A stretch of DNA of 50,507 bases from Chitinophagales bacterium (GCA_041748615.1 JBGTCY010000259.1:1-50507); one strand, 5' to 3'; counted from the first letter of the stretch, positions 38,353 to 48,451 are shown. Made by a program: numbers and translations. The notes: generated by a model not told the origin, from the letters alone.

Positions 38353-40146
38353 TCAGAAGCTATAACCATTAGCAGCGATAACCATGTCAGCAACTTTCCT
38401 TCTCAGTTCTTTTGTATTCACCACCTCGAAATTCGTGAAGCGCTTCAAACCCATGAGCATGATTTTCAACTCGTCACCGGCAGCAAATGCGGCAAGCGCA
38501 TGTTTACCGTGCAAATTCATCCGCTCAATCGCATCGCTGAAATAAACTTTGAGCATCGCTCTTTGCCCTTCAGTGGCTGCTTCACCTTTCAGGACAACCA
38601 ACTTTTCCGTCCTCAGCAAAGTTGACTCGCAGGCATACAGTTCAATGAGCATATCTGCAAGGTTCATCAGAATTTCCTGTTCGTCCTTCAGTTTCATCAT
38701 CAGTTTTTGAGCGGCAGAACCAGAAACCATCAACACGGCTTTTTTAAGATTCTTGATTGCTTTTTTCTCGGAAGCAAACAATCCTGAATCACCGTTCTCA
38801 AAGGAAGGTACTGAAGTCAACTCTTTCTGAATTGCCATGCCGGGCGTCATCAAATCCAACTGTCCTTTTAGGGCACGTTTCATCAGCATATCAATGGACA
38901 ACATGCGGTTGATTTCATTGGTGCCTTCAAAAATGCGGTTGATGCGCGCGTCACGGTATGCTCTTGCTGCGGGCGCTTCTTCAGAATAACCCATGCCGCC
39001 ATATACCTGTACCGTTTCATCCACTACATAATGCAACACTTCAGAACCAAACACTTTCATGATGGATGATTCAATGGCATATTCTTCGGCAGCGCCCTGA
39101 ACGGCAGTCGCATAATCCTTTCCTTCAGCGACTAATTGCTTTTCCTTCTGGTCAATCAAATCACTGGTGCGATAGGTCATGGATTCCAGCGCATAGATGC
39201 GAATCGCCTGTTCTCCTAATTTATATTTGATTGCACCGAAATTGGAAATCGGCTGACCAAACTGATTGCGCTCGTTGGCATAATTGATGGCGAAGCTGCT
39301 CACTTTTTTTGCCCCACCCAGCACACCCGCACCTAATTTGAACCTGCCGAGATTCAGGATGTTAAACGCGATTTTGTGCCCCTGACCGATTTCACCTAAA
39401 AGATTTTCAGCCGGCACTTTTACATTTTCAAAAAAGATTTGACGTGTAGAAGAACCTTTGATACCCATTTTATATTCTTCAGCGCCTACGCTGAATCCTG
39501 GTGAGTCGCGCTCCACGATAAAACCAGTGAATTTTTCACCACCGATTTTTGCAAACACTACAAAGACATCCGCGAATCCTGCATTGGTAATCCACATTTT
39601 CTGACCGTTCAAAACATAATGAGAGCCATCTTCACTCAGGTCAGCGCGGGTTTTTGCGGCAAGCGCATCCGAGCCAGAACCCGGTTCCGTAAGACAGTAA
39701 GCGGCTTTCAATTCACCGGTCACTAATTTGGGCAGATACTTTTGCTTTTGCTCCGGTGTTCCGAAATAAAGAATCGGTAATGTTCCGATACCAGTGTGAG
39801 CGCCCATCGTAACTGAAAAGGAAGATGCTTTTCCCATCACTTCCATCAATACGGTGTTTGTATTGAAATCTTTTCCGAATCCGCCATATTCTTCCGGAAT
39901 GGAGGTGCCGAGCAAACCTAACTCACCGGCTTTTTGCAAGAGCGATACCGTGAGACCTTCTTCCTGTTTTTCAATACGTTCGAGGTTGGGATAAATTTCT
40001 TTCTCAATAAAATCATTGCACATTTCCTCAATCATGCGCTGCTCTTCGTTCAGTTCTTCACGAATGAAAACATCTTGTGCTTCTGAATCTTTGATTAAAA
40101 ACTCACCGCCTTTCAGAACTTCTTTTGTTGCTGTGTCTGTTGACAT
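38353..40146 (-). CDS. acyl-CoA dehydrogenase (FadE-like)
   Basis: KGGEFL, AYCLTEPGSGSDA, NGQKMWITN, KMGIKGSST, RDARINRIFEGTNEINR. Confidence 0.96.
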   Translation of the reverse strand: MSTDTATKEVLKGGEFLIKDSEAQDVFIREELNEEQRMIEEMCNDFIEKEIYPNLERIEKQEEGLTVSLLQKAGELGLLGTSIPEEYGGFGKDFNTNTVLMEVMGKASSFSVTMGAHTGIGTLPILYFGTPEQKQKYLPKLVTGELKAAYCLTEPGSGSDALAAKTRADLSEDGSHYVLNGQKMWITNAGFADVFVVFAKIGGEKFTGFIVERDSPGFSVGAEEYKMGIKGSSTRQIFFENVKVPAENLLGEIGQGHKIAFNILNLGRFKLGAGVLGGAKKVSSFAINYANERNQFGQPISNFGAIKYKLGEQAIRIYALESMTYRTSDLIDQKEKQLVAEGKDYATAVQGAAEEYAIESSIMKVFGSEVLHYVVDETVQVYGGMGYSEEAPAARAYRDARINRIFEGTNEINRMLSIDMLMKRALKGQLDLMTPGMAIQKELTSVPSFENGDSGLFASEKKAIKNLKKAVLMVSGSAAQKLMMKLKDEQEILMNLADMLIELYACESTLLRTEKLVVLKGEAATEGQRAMLKVYFSDAIERMNLHGKHALAAFAAGDELKIMLMGLKRFTNFEVVNTKELRRKVADMVIAANGYSF

Positions 40147-40172
40147 TTTAAATGTGTTTTATTTTAAGTGAA

Positions 40173-41348
40173 TTAATTAAGCAGTTCATAAATTCCCGCG
40201 ATGCCCTGACCGCCACCAATACAAGCGGTGACCATGCCGTATTTCTTTTTTCTTCTGCGGAGTTCATTGACGATTTGAACGGTAAGCTTCGTCCCGGTGC
40301 AGCCAAGAGGATGACCGAGGGCGACAGCGCCTCCGTTAACATTCACTTTTGACGGGTCAAGACCGGCTTCTTTAATTACGGCTACAGCCTGCGTAGCAAA
40401 AGCTTCATTCAGTTCAATCAAATCAATATCATCCAATTTCATGTTCGCTTGTTTTAATACTTTCGGGATGGCGGTAACCGGACCCATGCCCATGATGCTC
40501 GGGTCAACGCCCGCGGCAGCACAATTCACCATCCGTGCAATTGGGGTGAGGTTCAGTTCTTTTACCATACGTTCAGACATCACAATCACGAAAGCCGCCC
40601 CGTCAGAAGTCTGCGAAGAGTTGCCTGCCGTCACCACACCACCCAATGAGAACACCGGTTTCAATTTGCCCAATGCTTCAAGGTTTGTATCTGCTCTCGG
40701 TCCTTCGTCTGTGTCCACAACAAAAGATTTGGTTTGTTTTTTACCATTGGCAAAATACACTTCCTCCACAGTCACGGGAACGATTTCGTCTTTGAACAAA
40801 CCGCTCTTAATCGCGTTCAAAGCTTTTTGGTGGGAGTTGTAAGAAAACTCGTCTGACTCCTGGCGCGTGACATTGAACTCCACCGCGATTTTTTCGGAGG
40901 TGTGTCCCATGCCCAAAAAGTAGTGGGGCCATTCTTTGGCGACACTATAGTTCGGAACGGTCTTCCAGCCGACAGTCGGCACGAGCGACATGCTTTCCGA
41001 GCCGCCCGCGATAATGCAGTCCGCGAAACCCGCGCGGATTTTGGCGGAAGCCATATTGATGGTTTCCACGCCTGAGCCGCAGTAACGGTTCACCGTTACG
41101 GCAGGAACGCCAATCGGCAATGAACGCACCGCAATCCAGCGCGCCATCTGCAATCCCTGCTCGGCTTCCGGCACGGCATTGCCGACAATCAAATCGTCAA
41201 TGCGCGTAGGGTCGAGCTGGGGGACTGATTTTAGTAAGTGATCAATGACCTCTTTTCCGAGATCAACGGGGGATAAAAATTTAAATCCACCGCGATTTGC
41301 CTTTCCTACCGCGCTGCGGTATCCGGCTACTATATATGCTTCTTGCAT
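40173..41348 (-). CDS. fadA: acetyl-CoA C-acyltransferase (thiolase)
   Basis: VNRYCGSG, TAGNSSQTSDGA, NEAFA, GHPLGCTG, CIGGGQG. Confidence 0.95.
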   Translation of the reverse strand: MQEAYIVAGYRSAVGKANRGGFKFLSPVDLGKEVIDHLLKSVPQLDPTRIDDLIVGNAVPEAEQGLQMARWIAVRSLPIGVPAVTVNRYCGSGVETINMASAKIRAGFADCIIAGGSESMSLVPTVGWKTVPNYSVAKEWPHYFLGMGHTSEKIAVEFNVTRQESDEFSYNSHQKALNAIKSGLFKDEIVPVTVEEVYFANGKKQTKSFVVDTDEGPRADTNLEALGKLKPVFSLGGVVTAGNSSQTSDGAAFVIVMSERMVKELNLTPIARMVNCAAAGVDPSIMGMGPVTAIPKVLKQANMKLDDIDLIELNEAFATQAVAVIKEAGLDPSKVNVNGGAVALGHPLGCTGTKLTVQIVNELRRRKKKYGMVTACIGGGQGIAGIYELLN

Positions 41349-41387
41349 GATGTGATTTTTTTGTGGTTAGTTAAATTTTGAATTATC

Positions 41388-41524
41388 CGTCATTGCGAGG
41401 CTGACCGCATTTGCCTTGCAGCCAGAGTCAGGCGAAGCAATCCGCTGATGAAAGCAACCCTTCAAGGGGGGATTGCTTCCCCCGATGCCACGCTCAAGGC
41501 TGTGCAATCGGGGTCGCAATGACG
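41388..41524. repeat. REP/RPE-like palindromic element (GTCATTGCGA family), copy 1
   Basis: CGTCATTGCGA...TCGCAATGACG termini; inner GAAGCAATC...GATTGCTTC stem; extra side hairpins. Confidence 0.85.
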
Positions 41525-41542
41525 AATTATTTATTTGCATAA

Positions 41543-43981
41543 TCAATTTCTAAGTGGTCTGCCTTTTTCCAGCATGTGCTGCATCCTCTCCAACGTCTTC
41601 TTTTCACCCAACAATGAGAGGAACGCTTCACGCTCTAAGTCCAGCAAATACTGTTCAGATACTTTTTGTTCGCCTGACAAATCACCGCCTGCAAGCACGT
41701 AGCCGATTTTTTGGGCAATCAGGTAATCGTGTTCAGAGGCGTATTTACCGAAATGAAAACCGTAAGCGCCTGAGTAGAAACCGCTCAATGCTGTTCTGCC
41801 GAGGACGGTGATGTCTTCGCGTGCAGCCGGGCGGGTGTAACCGCGCTCATACAAGCGGATGGCTTCTTTCTTCGCTTCGGCAATCTGACGGTCGCGGCTC
41901 ACTACGATGATGTCGCGGTCTTTATTCAGGATGTTCATTCCCACCGCTTCGTAAGCGGAAGTAGCGACTTTCGCTGTTGCGATGTTGATGAAATATTCCT
42001 GTATGACGTTGAGTTGCACATCGCCTTTTTTATAAGTGTCTGAAGCGCGCAAAGCATATTCTTTCGTACCACCGCCAGCGGGAATTAAGCCCACGCCAAC
42101 TTCAACTAATCCGATATAGGTTTCGGCATGTGCGACTACTTTGTCAGCGTGCATCGTGAGTTCGCAGCCGCCACCGAGCGTCATGTTGTGAGGCGCAACC
42201 ACCACCGGAATATCCGAGTAGCGCGCGCGCATCGTAGTGTTCTGGAACGTGCGCACCGCAAGTTCGAGTTCGTCCCACTCCTGCTGCGCGGCAAGCATCA
42301 TAATCAACATGAGGTTCGCGCCCACGGAAAAATTCTGTCCGTTGTTGGCAACCACCAATCCTTTCCATCCCTGCGTTTCAGCAATCTCAATCGCTTTGTT
42401 GATGCCTTCAATCACTTCCGGTCCCATCGAGTTCATCTTCGACTGGAATTCGAGGTTCAATACGCCATCGCCAATATCATGCAACCATGAACCATCATTT
42501 TTCCAAACCGCTTTTTGCGAGCGCAGGTTATCGAGAATGATGTAAGAACCCTGTCCGGGAATTTCTGTGTAAGACTTGGATGAAATATTGTAATACTTGC
42601 GGACGCCATTTTCCACTTTATAAAAGCTTTCGCATCCGGCACCGAGCATGTCATAGACCCACTGCGCGGGTTTTTTGTCAATGCTTTCCATGTACTTCAC
42701 TACTTCCGCAACGCCCACGGCATCCCATGCTTCGAAGGGACCGATTTCCCATGCAAAACCGGCACGCAGCGCATCGTCCATCTTGTAGAGGTCGTCCGCG
42801 ATTTCGGGTATGCGGTTGGTGCAATATTGATAAACGTAAGCGGAAAGTTTTTTCAAAAATTCAGCGCCCTTGTCCGTGCCTTTGTGAATGACGCGGAGAC
42901 GCTCACGCAAATCTTCCACATTTTTCGCGGCAGCGACAACTTCCAATTTCGGTTTTGAAGACGGCTGATACTCGAGCGTTTCCGGATTGAGTACCAAAAT
43001 TTCTTTCTTGCCTTCCTTGGTTTTTGTTTTCTTGTAAAAGCCCTGACCGCCCTTGTCGCCTGTCCAGCCTTTTTCTACCATCTTATTGATGTAGTCGGGC
43101 ACAACGAACATCGAACGCGACTCATCGTTCACGCAATCAGCCTGCGCATTATTGGCAACTTTTACCAATGTGTCAATTCCAATCAAATCACCGAGGCGGA
43201 AAGTGGCGGTTTTCGGTTTGCCGGAAATCGGACCGGTCACGGCATCCACTTCTTCGATGGACATACCGACTTCTTTCATCAAATGATAAACTGCCATTAC
43301 GCTGTAAACACCAATCCTGTTGGCGATGAATGCGGGCGTGTCTTTGCAGAGTACGGTGGTTTTGCCCAAAAACTTGTCGCCATATTCCATCATGAAATCC
43401 ACTAAGGTCGGGTCGGTTTTTGGCGTGGGGATGATTTCGAGCAACTTCAAATAGCGCGGAGGATTGAAGAAGTGTGTGCCGATGAAATTTTTCTGAAAAT
43501 CATCGCTTCTGCCTTCGAGCATTTTGTGAAGCGGAATGCCGGAGGTGTTGGTGGAAACAATGGTTCCGGGCTTGCGGTATTTCTCCACTTCGGTGAACAC
43601 CTTCTTTTTGATTTCGAGATTTTCAATGACGGCTTCGAACACCCAATCAATGTCGGCAATGTCCTTCATGTTATCTTCAAAGTTGCCGGTGGTAATCCGC
43701 GAGGCGAATGACGCGTCATAAATCGCTGCCGGTCTGCCTTTGAGGGCGGCTTTCAGCGAGTCGTCCGTGATTTTGTTTCGGGCGGCTTTGTTGTTTTTGA
43801 GATTTTCGGGGAGGTCGCGGGGCACGATGTCTAACAAAAGCACCTTTACTCCGATGCCTGCAAAATGACACGCGATGCGCGAACCCATTACACCCGAACC
43901 GAGTACGGCAACCGAGCGGACGTGTCTTGATGTTTTCACGCCAGCCTGCTGCGTTTTGGGTTTTTCAGCTACTGCTTCCAT
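41543..43981 (-). CDS. fadN: 3-hydroxyacyl-CoA dehydrogenase/enoyl-CoA hydratase (FadN-like)
   Basis: GSGVMGSRIA, EAVIENL, STNTSG, HFFNPPRY, KDTPAFIANR, GGGCE, GLVEVGVGLIPAGGG, PLRN. Confidence 0.95.
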   Translation of the reverse strand: MEAVAEKPKTQQAGVKTSRHVRSVAVLGSGVMGSRIACHFAGIGVKVLLLDIVPRDLPENLKNNKAARNKITDDSLKAALKGRPAAIYDASFASRITTGNFEDNMKDIADIDWVFEAVIENLEIKKKVFTEVEKYRKPGTIVSTNTSGIPLHKMLEGRSDDFQKNFIGTHFFNPPRYLKLLEIIPTPKTDPTLVDFMMEYGDKFLGKTTVLCKDTPAFIANRIGVYSVMAVYHLMKEVGMSIEEVDAVTGPISGKPKTATFRLGDLIGIDTLVKVANNAQADCVNDESRSMFVVPDYINKMVEKGWTGDKGGQGFYKKTKTKEGKKEILVLNPETLEYQPSSKPKLEVVAAAKNVEDLRERLRVIHKGTDKGAEFLKKLSAYVYQYCTNRIPEIADDLYKMDDALRAGFAWEIGPFEAWDAVGVAEVVKYMESIDKKPAQWVYDMLGAGCESFYKVENGVRKYYNISSKSYTEIPGQGSYIILDNLRSQKAVWKNDGSWLHDIGDGVLNLEFQSKMNSMGPEVIEGINKAIEIAETQGWKGLVVANNGQNFSVGANLMLIMMLAAQQEWDELELAVRTFQNTTMRARYSDIPVVVAPHNMTLGGGCELTMHADKVVAHAETYIGLVEVGVGLIPAGGGTKEYALRASDTYKKGDVQLNVIQEYFINIATAKVATSAYEAVGMNILNKDRDIIVVSRDRQIAEAKKEAIRLYERGYTRPAAREDITVLGRTALSGFYSGAYGFHFGKYASEHDYLIAQKIGYVLAGGDLSGEQKVSEQYLLDLEREAFLSLLGEKKTLERMQHMLEKGRPLRN

Positions 43982-44021
43982 AGGTTAAAAATTTTGGGGT
44001 TTGAGAAAAATATTGAGAAAC

Positions 44022-44142
44022 CGTCATTGCGAGCGCGACTGCTATGCTTCGTTGCGCAGTGTCGTGCGAAGTAACCCCCTGAATTTGGAGATTGCTTCGT
44101 TCGCGGCAACGCTGTGAAGCCTGACGCGCCCTCGCAATGACG
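44022..44142. repeat. REP/RPE-like palindromic element (GTCATTGCGA family), copy 2
   Basis: CGTCATTGCGAG...CTCGCAATGACG termini; inner CGAAGTAAC/GATTGCTTCG. Confidence 0.85.
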
Positions 44143-44160
44143 TTTGATATTCATGTAGTA

Positions 44161-44202
44161 CAATTTTATTCAGTTATTATGTTTTGCCAAACGCCCGTTT
44201 GA
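44161..44202 (-). promoter_or_regulatory. putative internal fad promoter with TetR operator CCAAACGCCCGTTTGA
   Basis: -7-like TAAAATTG (44161-68), -33 TTTG (44188-91), palindrome 44187-44202 resembling 44860-44875. Confidence 0.55.
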
Positions 44203-44763
44203 TACTGTTTCCAAACGGTCCATCAATCTTCTGTTAGCTTTTACAAAATATTCCTTCTTATTAAAAATTCTGGAAAGCATCAATGCGCCTTCCATTTCAG
44301 CCACCGCTTGTTCTGCAAGGTCATACGCTTTCTCCTCCGGATACTTTTCGGAATAAATGGTTTTCAGGGCTTTCAGATATTGCTTAAAGAAAACCTGAAT
44401 TTGTTCCTGAAATTCTGGATGAACATGAGCGGTTTCCAATCCCATGTTGCCCATAATGTTTCCTTTATCCGGACCCAAAAAAACACGTTCCGCCACATCA
44501 ATCATTTTCTGTAACCGCATTTCAGGAGGAAGGTTTTTATCATAAGCATGAACAAATACCTGATCGCGAAAAAATTTGTGTACATAAAACATCACTTCTT
44601 TCATCAATTCTTCTTTACTGCTGAAGTAATGGTAAATGCTGCCTTTCAATAACCCGACAGCCTCACCGATGTCAGCCATCGTAGTTTGATGATAGCTTTT
44701 TCTGCGAAACAGCTTCAGTGCTTCATGCACAACATATTCTTTATTGACTTTTTGTTTGGGCAC
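44170..44763 (-). CDS. TetR/AcrR-family regulator of the fad operon
   Basis: LFRRKSYHQTTMADIGEAVGLLKGSIYHYFSSKEEL HTH; GTG start. Confidence 0.92.
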   Translation of the reverse strand: MPKQKVNKEYVVHEALKLFRRKSYHQTTMADIGEAVGLLKGSIYHYFSSKEELMKEVMFYVHKFFRDQVFVHAYDKNLPPEMRLQKMIDVAERVFLGPDKGNIMGNMGLETAHVHPEFQEQIQVFFKQYLKALKTIYSEKYPEEKAYDLAEQAVAEMEGALMLSRIFNKKEYFVKANRRLMDRLETVSNGRLAKHNN

Positions 44764-44832
44764 GTTTGTCAGAGATTTTCAGAGATTAGATAGTATTCGT
44801 CTAAAGTCTAATTATTAATATCTGTCTGTCAA

Positions 44833-44875
44833 CAAATTTATCAAGTTTATACGATTTTACCAAACGGTTGTTTGG
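44833..44875 (-). promoter_or_regulatory. tetR promoter with overlapping operator CCAAACGGTTGTTTGG
   Basis: -7 TAAATTTG (44833-40), -33 TTTG (44861-64), 20-bp spacer, palindrome 44860-44875. Confidence 0.7.
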
Positions 44876-45047
44876 GAAGATTATTTCCTTTAACATTTTT
44901 TTAACATTTGCCTTGATTTTAAAAATGTTAAAATCTTAATAAAGAAAAGGAACAGAGATTTGAGCTACTGACTTTTAAACCGGATTTAAATTCCGCTCAT
45001 ATTGAATTAAAAAACTCTTTCTCCTTAATTCGGTTTATTTTGCACAA

Positions 45048-45138
45048 GGGCAGTTCTAAAAATTCTACCGCTTGCATCCTCTCTTTCGAAGAGGGATGGG
45101 GTGAGGCAATGAAAAAAAACAATTTTTTAAAACTGCCC
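45048..45138. mobile_element. MITE-like element with terminal inverted repeats and internal REP-like hairpin
   Basis: GGGCAGTTCTAAAAA vs reverse complement of the right end GGGCAGTTTTAAAAA (14/15); internal CATCCTCTCTTTCGAAGAGGGATG-GGGTGAGG; AA on both flanks. Confidence 0.55.
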
Positions 45139-45175
45139 AAAAGAAATTCTTCGTTATGCACTTACTGATATTTAA

Positions 45176-46300
45176 ATGATGCATCCTTCAGGTTTAGATA
45201 TTTTATTTTCAAAAAAATCAGGTTTCAGAAGACCGCTCCTGATTGCAGGACCTTGTAGCGCTGAATCTGAAGAACAAGTATTGGAAACAGCGCACGCTTT
45301 GTTAAACAATGGCATCGCGTTATTCCGATCCGGCATTTGGAAACCCCGGACACGCCCTGGCGCGTTTGAAGGAGTCGGAACATTGGGTTTGAAATGGCTG
45401 CAACAAGTTAAAAAGGAAACCGGACTGCCGGTCACGGTTGAAGTTGCTACTGCCCGGCATGTAGAATTGTGTTTGAAACATGAAATTGATGTATTGTGGA
45501 TTGGTGCCCGCTCAACAGTGAATCCTTTTACGGTTCAGGAAATCGCGGATGCTTTGCTTGGAGTGAATATTCCGGTGATGATTAAAAACCCGGTGAATCC
45601 TGACCTGAACCTATGGATAGGCGCGATTGAACGTATCGGAAATGCCGGTGTAAAAAAAATAGTCGCAATTCACAGGGGATTTTCCTCTTTCGAAAAAAAT
45701 AAATACCGCAACAAGCCGATGTGGGAAATCCCGATTGAGTTGAAACGGCTCTTTCCGCAGTTGCCGATAATCTGCGACCCGAGTCACATCAGCGGAAATC
45801 GCGAATGGCTGCCATCGGTTTCGCAGCAGGCGATGGATTTGAATTTTGACGGGCTGATGATTGAAACGCACCCGAACCCTGAACGGGCGATGAGCGACAG
45901 AGAACAACAGTTAACACCTGCCGCATTAAAAATGCTGGTGGAAAACTTAGTCATCAGGGAAATCAGTCCTGACAACCTTGTCCTGAAAGCCACCCTCGAA
46001 GAATTAAGAGAAATTGTGGACAGGTATGACGAAGAACTTGTCAGGGCTTTAAAAGAAAGACTCGAAGTGATTCACCAAATCGGAATTTTCAAAAAAGAAA
46101 ATAGCATCTCCATTTTACAACCTGAGCGCTGGAATGAAATCGTAAACACCCGCACCGAATGGGCAAGAAAATTCGGGATTTCAGAAGAGTTGATGCTGCA
46201 TATTTTCCAACTCATCCACCAAGAATCCATTGTGAAACAAACCGAAATTTTGAATGCTCAATCTTCGATTATTGAACAACATTCTGAGGATAAATTCTAA
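45176..46300 (+). CDS. bifunctional DAHP synthase (type I-beta) / chorismate mutase
   Basis: IAGPCSAE, WKPRTRPG.FEG, WIGARS, HRGF, CDPSH; C-terminal AroQ-like LEELREIVDRYD..R..IG..KK. Confidence 0.93.
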   Translation: MMHPSGLDILFSKKSGFRRPLLIAGPCSAESEEQVLETAHALLNNGIALFRSGIWKPRTRPGAFEGVGTLGLKWLQQVKKETGLPVTVEVATARHVELCLKHEIDVLWIGARSTVNPFTVQEIADALLGVNIPVMIKNPVNPDLNLWIGAIERIGNAGVKKIVAIHRGFSSFEKNKYRNKPMWEIPIELKRLFPQLPIICDPSHISGNREWLPSVSQQAMDLNFDGLMIETHPNPERAMSDREQQLTPAALKMLVENLVIREISPDNLVLKATLEELREIVDRYDEELVRALKERLEVIHQIGIFKKENSISILQPERWNEIVNTRTEWARKFGISEELMLHIFQLIHQESIVKQTEILNAQSSIIEQHSEDKF

Positions 46301-46343
46301 AGGGTTGAACTCAGAGAAGTATTTTCTAAAGCCTTCTATTTCC

Positions 46344-48449
46344 CTAAATTATTCCTAAAAACTCCTCCTCACTTAATATCTTCACCGTCCCGATTTTTTT
46401 CGCTTTCTCCAACTTGCTGCCGGCTGACTCGCCCACAACCAAATAATCCAATTTTTTGCTCACCGAGCCGAGTATTTTCCCGCCATGCTCCTCCACCATT
46501 TTCTCCGCTTCAGTGCGGGAGAATTTTTCGAGCGTGCCGGTGAATAAAAATGTTTTGCCTTCGAGTTTATTCGACACCAACTGCGAAGAAGCATCTGCCG
46601 TCATGTTCACTCCTAACTGTTCGAGTTCGCGGATGAGTTGAATGTTATCTTCATGATGAAAAGATTCGGCAATCGCACTTGCCACTTTCGGTCCGATGTC
46701 TTCCATCTCCTGCAACTGTTCGGCTGATTTCTCCTTGATTTCCAAGAGATGATTTACGCTTTTCGCCAACACTTTGGCGGTTGTTTCACCAACGTGACGA
46801 ATACCCAATCCGAAAATCAGCCGTTCGAGCGGTTGTTGTTTAGAGGCTTCAATAGCGCTTTTCAAATTGCTCACCGATTTTTCCTGGAAGCCTTCCATCT
46901 CCAAAATCTTCGCGTAATCGAGCCGGTAGATGTCGGCAATATTTTTCAGCAAGCCCGCATCGTAAAATTTATACACGAGCGATGAACCCATTCCGCGAAT
47001 ATCCATGGCATCGCGCGACACGAAATGAATGATGCGCCCCACGACTTGCGTTGGACAATTCACATTCACGCAGCGAATGACTGCCTCATCGGGATTTTTT
47101 ACCAACTCCGAACTGCACGAGGGACAGTGTTTCGGAAACTCCACAATTTGTTCATTGCCCTTCCGCGCTTCGGGAATGGATTTCACGATATAAGGAATGA
47201 CATCGCCTGCACGCTCAATCAGCACCATATCCCCGATGCGCACATCCTTTTCTCGCAGCACGTCTTCATTGAAGAGCGAAATATTCGAAATCGTAACGCC
47301 TGCGAGCGCGACCGGTTCCACCTGCGCAATCGGGGTGATTGCGCCCGTTCTCCCCACGCTGAAAAAAACATTATTCAGACGCGTGGTCGCTTGCTTTGCT
47401 TTGAATTTGAAAGCGATTGCCCAACGCGGGTGATGCGAAGTCGCGCCCGACATTTCCTGCATCCGGTACTCATTCACTTTCACCACCATGCCATCAATTT
47501 CATAAGGAAACGTATCGCGCTTATCTTCCCACTCCCTGCAAAAGCGCATCACTTCCTCAATGTTTTTGCAGACCTTTTTGATTTCGTTGGGCGTTTTGAA
47601 ACCCAAGTCATACAGCATTTCCAGCGACTGACTGTGCGAAGTAATCGTGTCGCGCAGCAGATTTTTTCCCTGCATATCCACCGCATACGCGAGATGATAC
47701 ATGAACCCTTCCAAACCTCTGCCCGCGACTTCTTTGGCATCCAACATCCGCAATGCGCCCGAGGCGGTGTTGCGCGGGTTTGCCAAAATGTTCAATCCTT
47801 CCTCCTGCCGCTTTTCATTAATCGCTTTAAACTTTTCTTTATTAATGAGCACCTCGCCCCGCAGTTCAGCTTTAGCGATGCCATATTTTGAAAAGTTTGC
47901 GGACAAAGGCAAAGAGCGCAATACACGCACGTTATTGGTGATTTCCTCCCCCACCGCGCCATCGCCCCGCGTAGCTCCGCGCACGAGCAGGTCATTTTCG
48001 TAGATGAGCGCGATGCTTGCCCCGTCAAACTTCGGCTCCACGCAATATTCGATGTGCGGCATTTCCGTGAGGTCGCGCACCCTGCGGTCAAACTCGGTGA
48101 GGTCGGCTTCGTTGTAGGAATTGTCTAATGAAAGCATCGGCACAAGGTGCGGCACGGAAGGAAAGGCTTTCGTCAATCCGTAAGCTACGCGCTGTGTTGG
48201 CGAGTCAGGTTTCATCAGTTCAGGAAACTGCGCTTCGATTTTTTTCAGCAGTTTGAAAAGCATGTCATATTCAAAATCGCTGATGACCGGTTCCGACTGC
48301 ACATAATATTTCCAGTCGTGGAAGTTGATGATTTTAATCAGGGCTTCGGTTGCCGATTGCGCTTCATTCAAAACTACGGACGGTTCCGTTTTTTTCAGAT
48401 ACTGCCGCGTGAGTTCGAGGAGTTCCTGTTGTTGGTTTTTCGAGTACAT
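46344..48449 (-). CDS. ligA: NAD-dependent DNA ligase
   Basis: EPKFDG, ATRGDG, ELRGE, NPRN, DGMVVK, C4 zinc finger, HhH and BRCT domains. Confidence 0.98.
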   Translation of the reverse strand: MYSKNQQQELLELTRQYLKKTEPSVVLNEAQSATEALIKIINFHDWKYYVQSEPVISDFEYDMLFKLLKKIEAQFPELMKPDSPTQRVAYGLTKAFPSVPHLVPMLSLDNSYNEADLTEFDRRVRDLTEMPHIEYCVEPKFDGASIALIYENDLLVRGATRGDGAVGEEITNNVRVLRSLPLSANFSKYGIAKAELRGEVLINKEKFKAINEKRQEEGLNILANPRNTASGALRMLDAKEVAGRGLEGFMYHLAYAVDMQGKNLLRDTITSHSQSLEMLYDLGFKTPNEIKKVCKNIEEVMRFCREWEDKRDTFPYEIDGMVVKVNEYRMQEMSGATSHHPRWAIAFKFKAKQATTRLNNVFFSVGRTGAITPIAQVEPVALAGVTISNISLFNEDVLREKDVRIGDMVLIERAGDVIPYIVKSIPEARKGNEQIVEFPKHCPSCSSELVKNPDEAVIRCVNVNCPTQVVGRIIHFVSRDAMDIRGMGSSLVYKFYDAGLLKNIADIYRLDYAKILEMEGFQEKSVSNLKSAIEASKQQPLERLIFGLGIRHVGETTAKVLAKSVNHLLEIKEKSAEQLQEMEDIGPKVASAIAESFHHEDNIQLIRELEQLGVNMTADASSQLVSNKLEGKTFLFTGTLEKFSRTEAEKMVEEHGGKILGSVSKKLDYLVVGESAGSKLEKAKKIGTVKILSEEEFLGII

Positions 48450-48451
48450 GG

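Noticed and set aside
43969-44163. 64-aa ORF containing RHCE...RND
   Set aside because: Translation of the GTCATTGCGA palindromic element
45109-45168. Short ORF MKKNNFLKLPKRNSSLCTY as an attenuator leader for DAHP synthase
   Set aside because: Only two aromatic codons and no terminator/antiterminator between it and the gene
47025-47891. 288-aa plus-strand ORF
   Set aside because: Entirely antisense to ligA with no recognisable motifs; shadow ORF from codon bias
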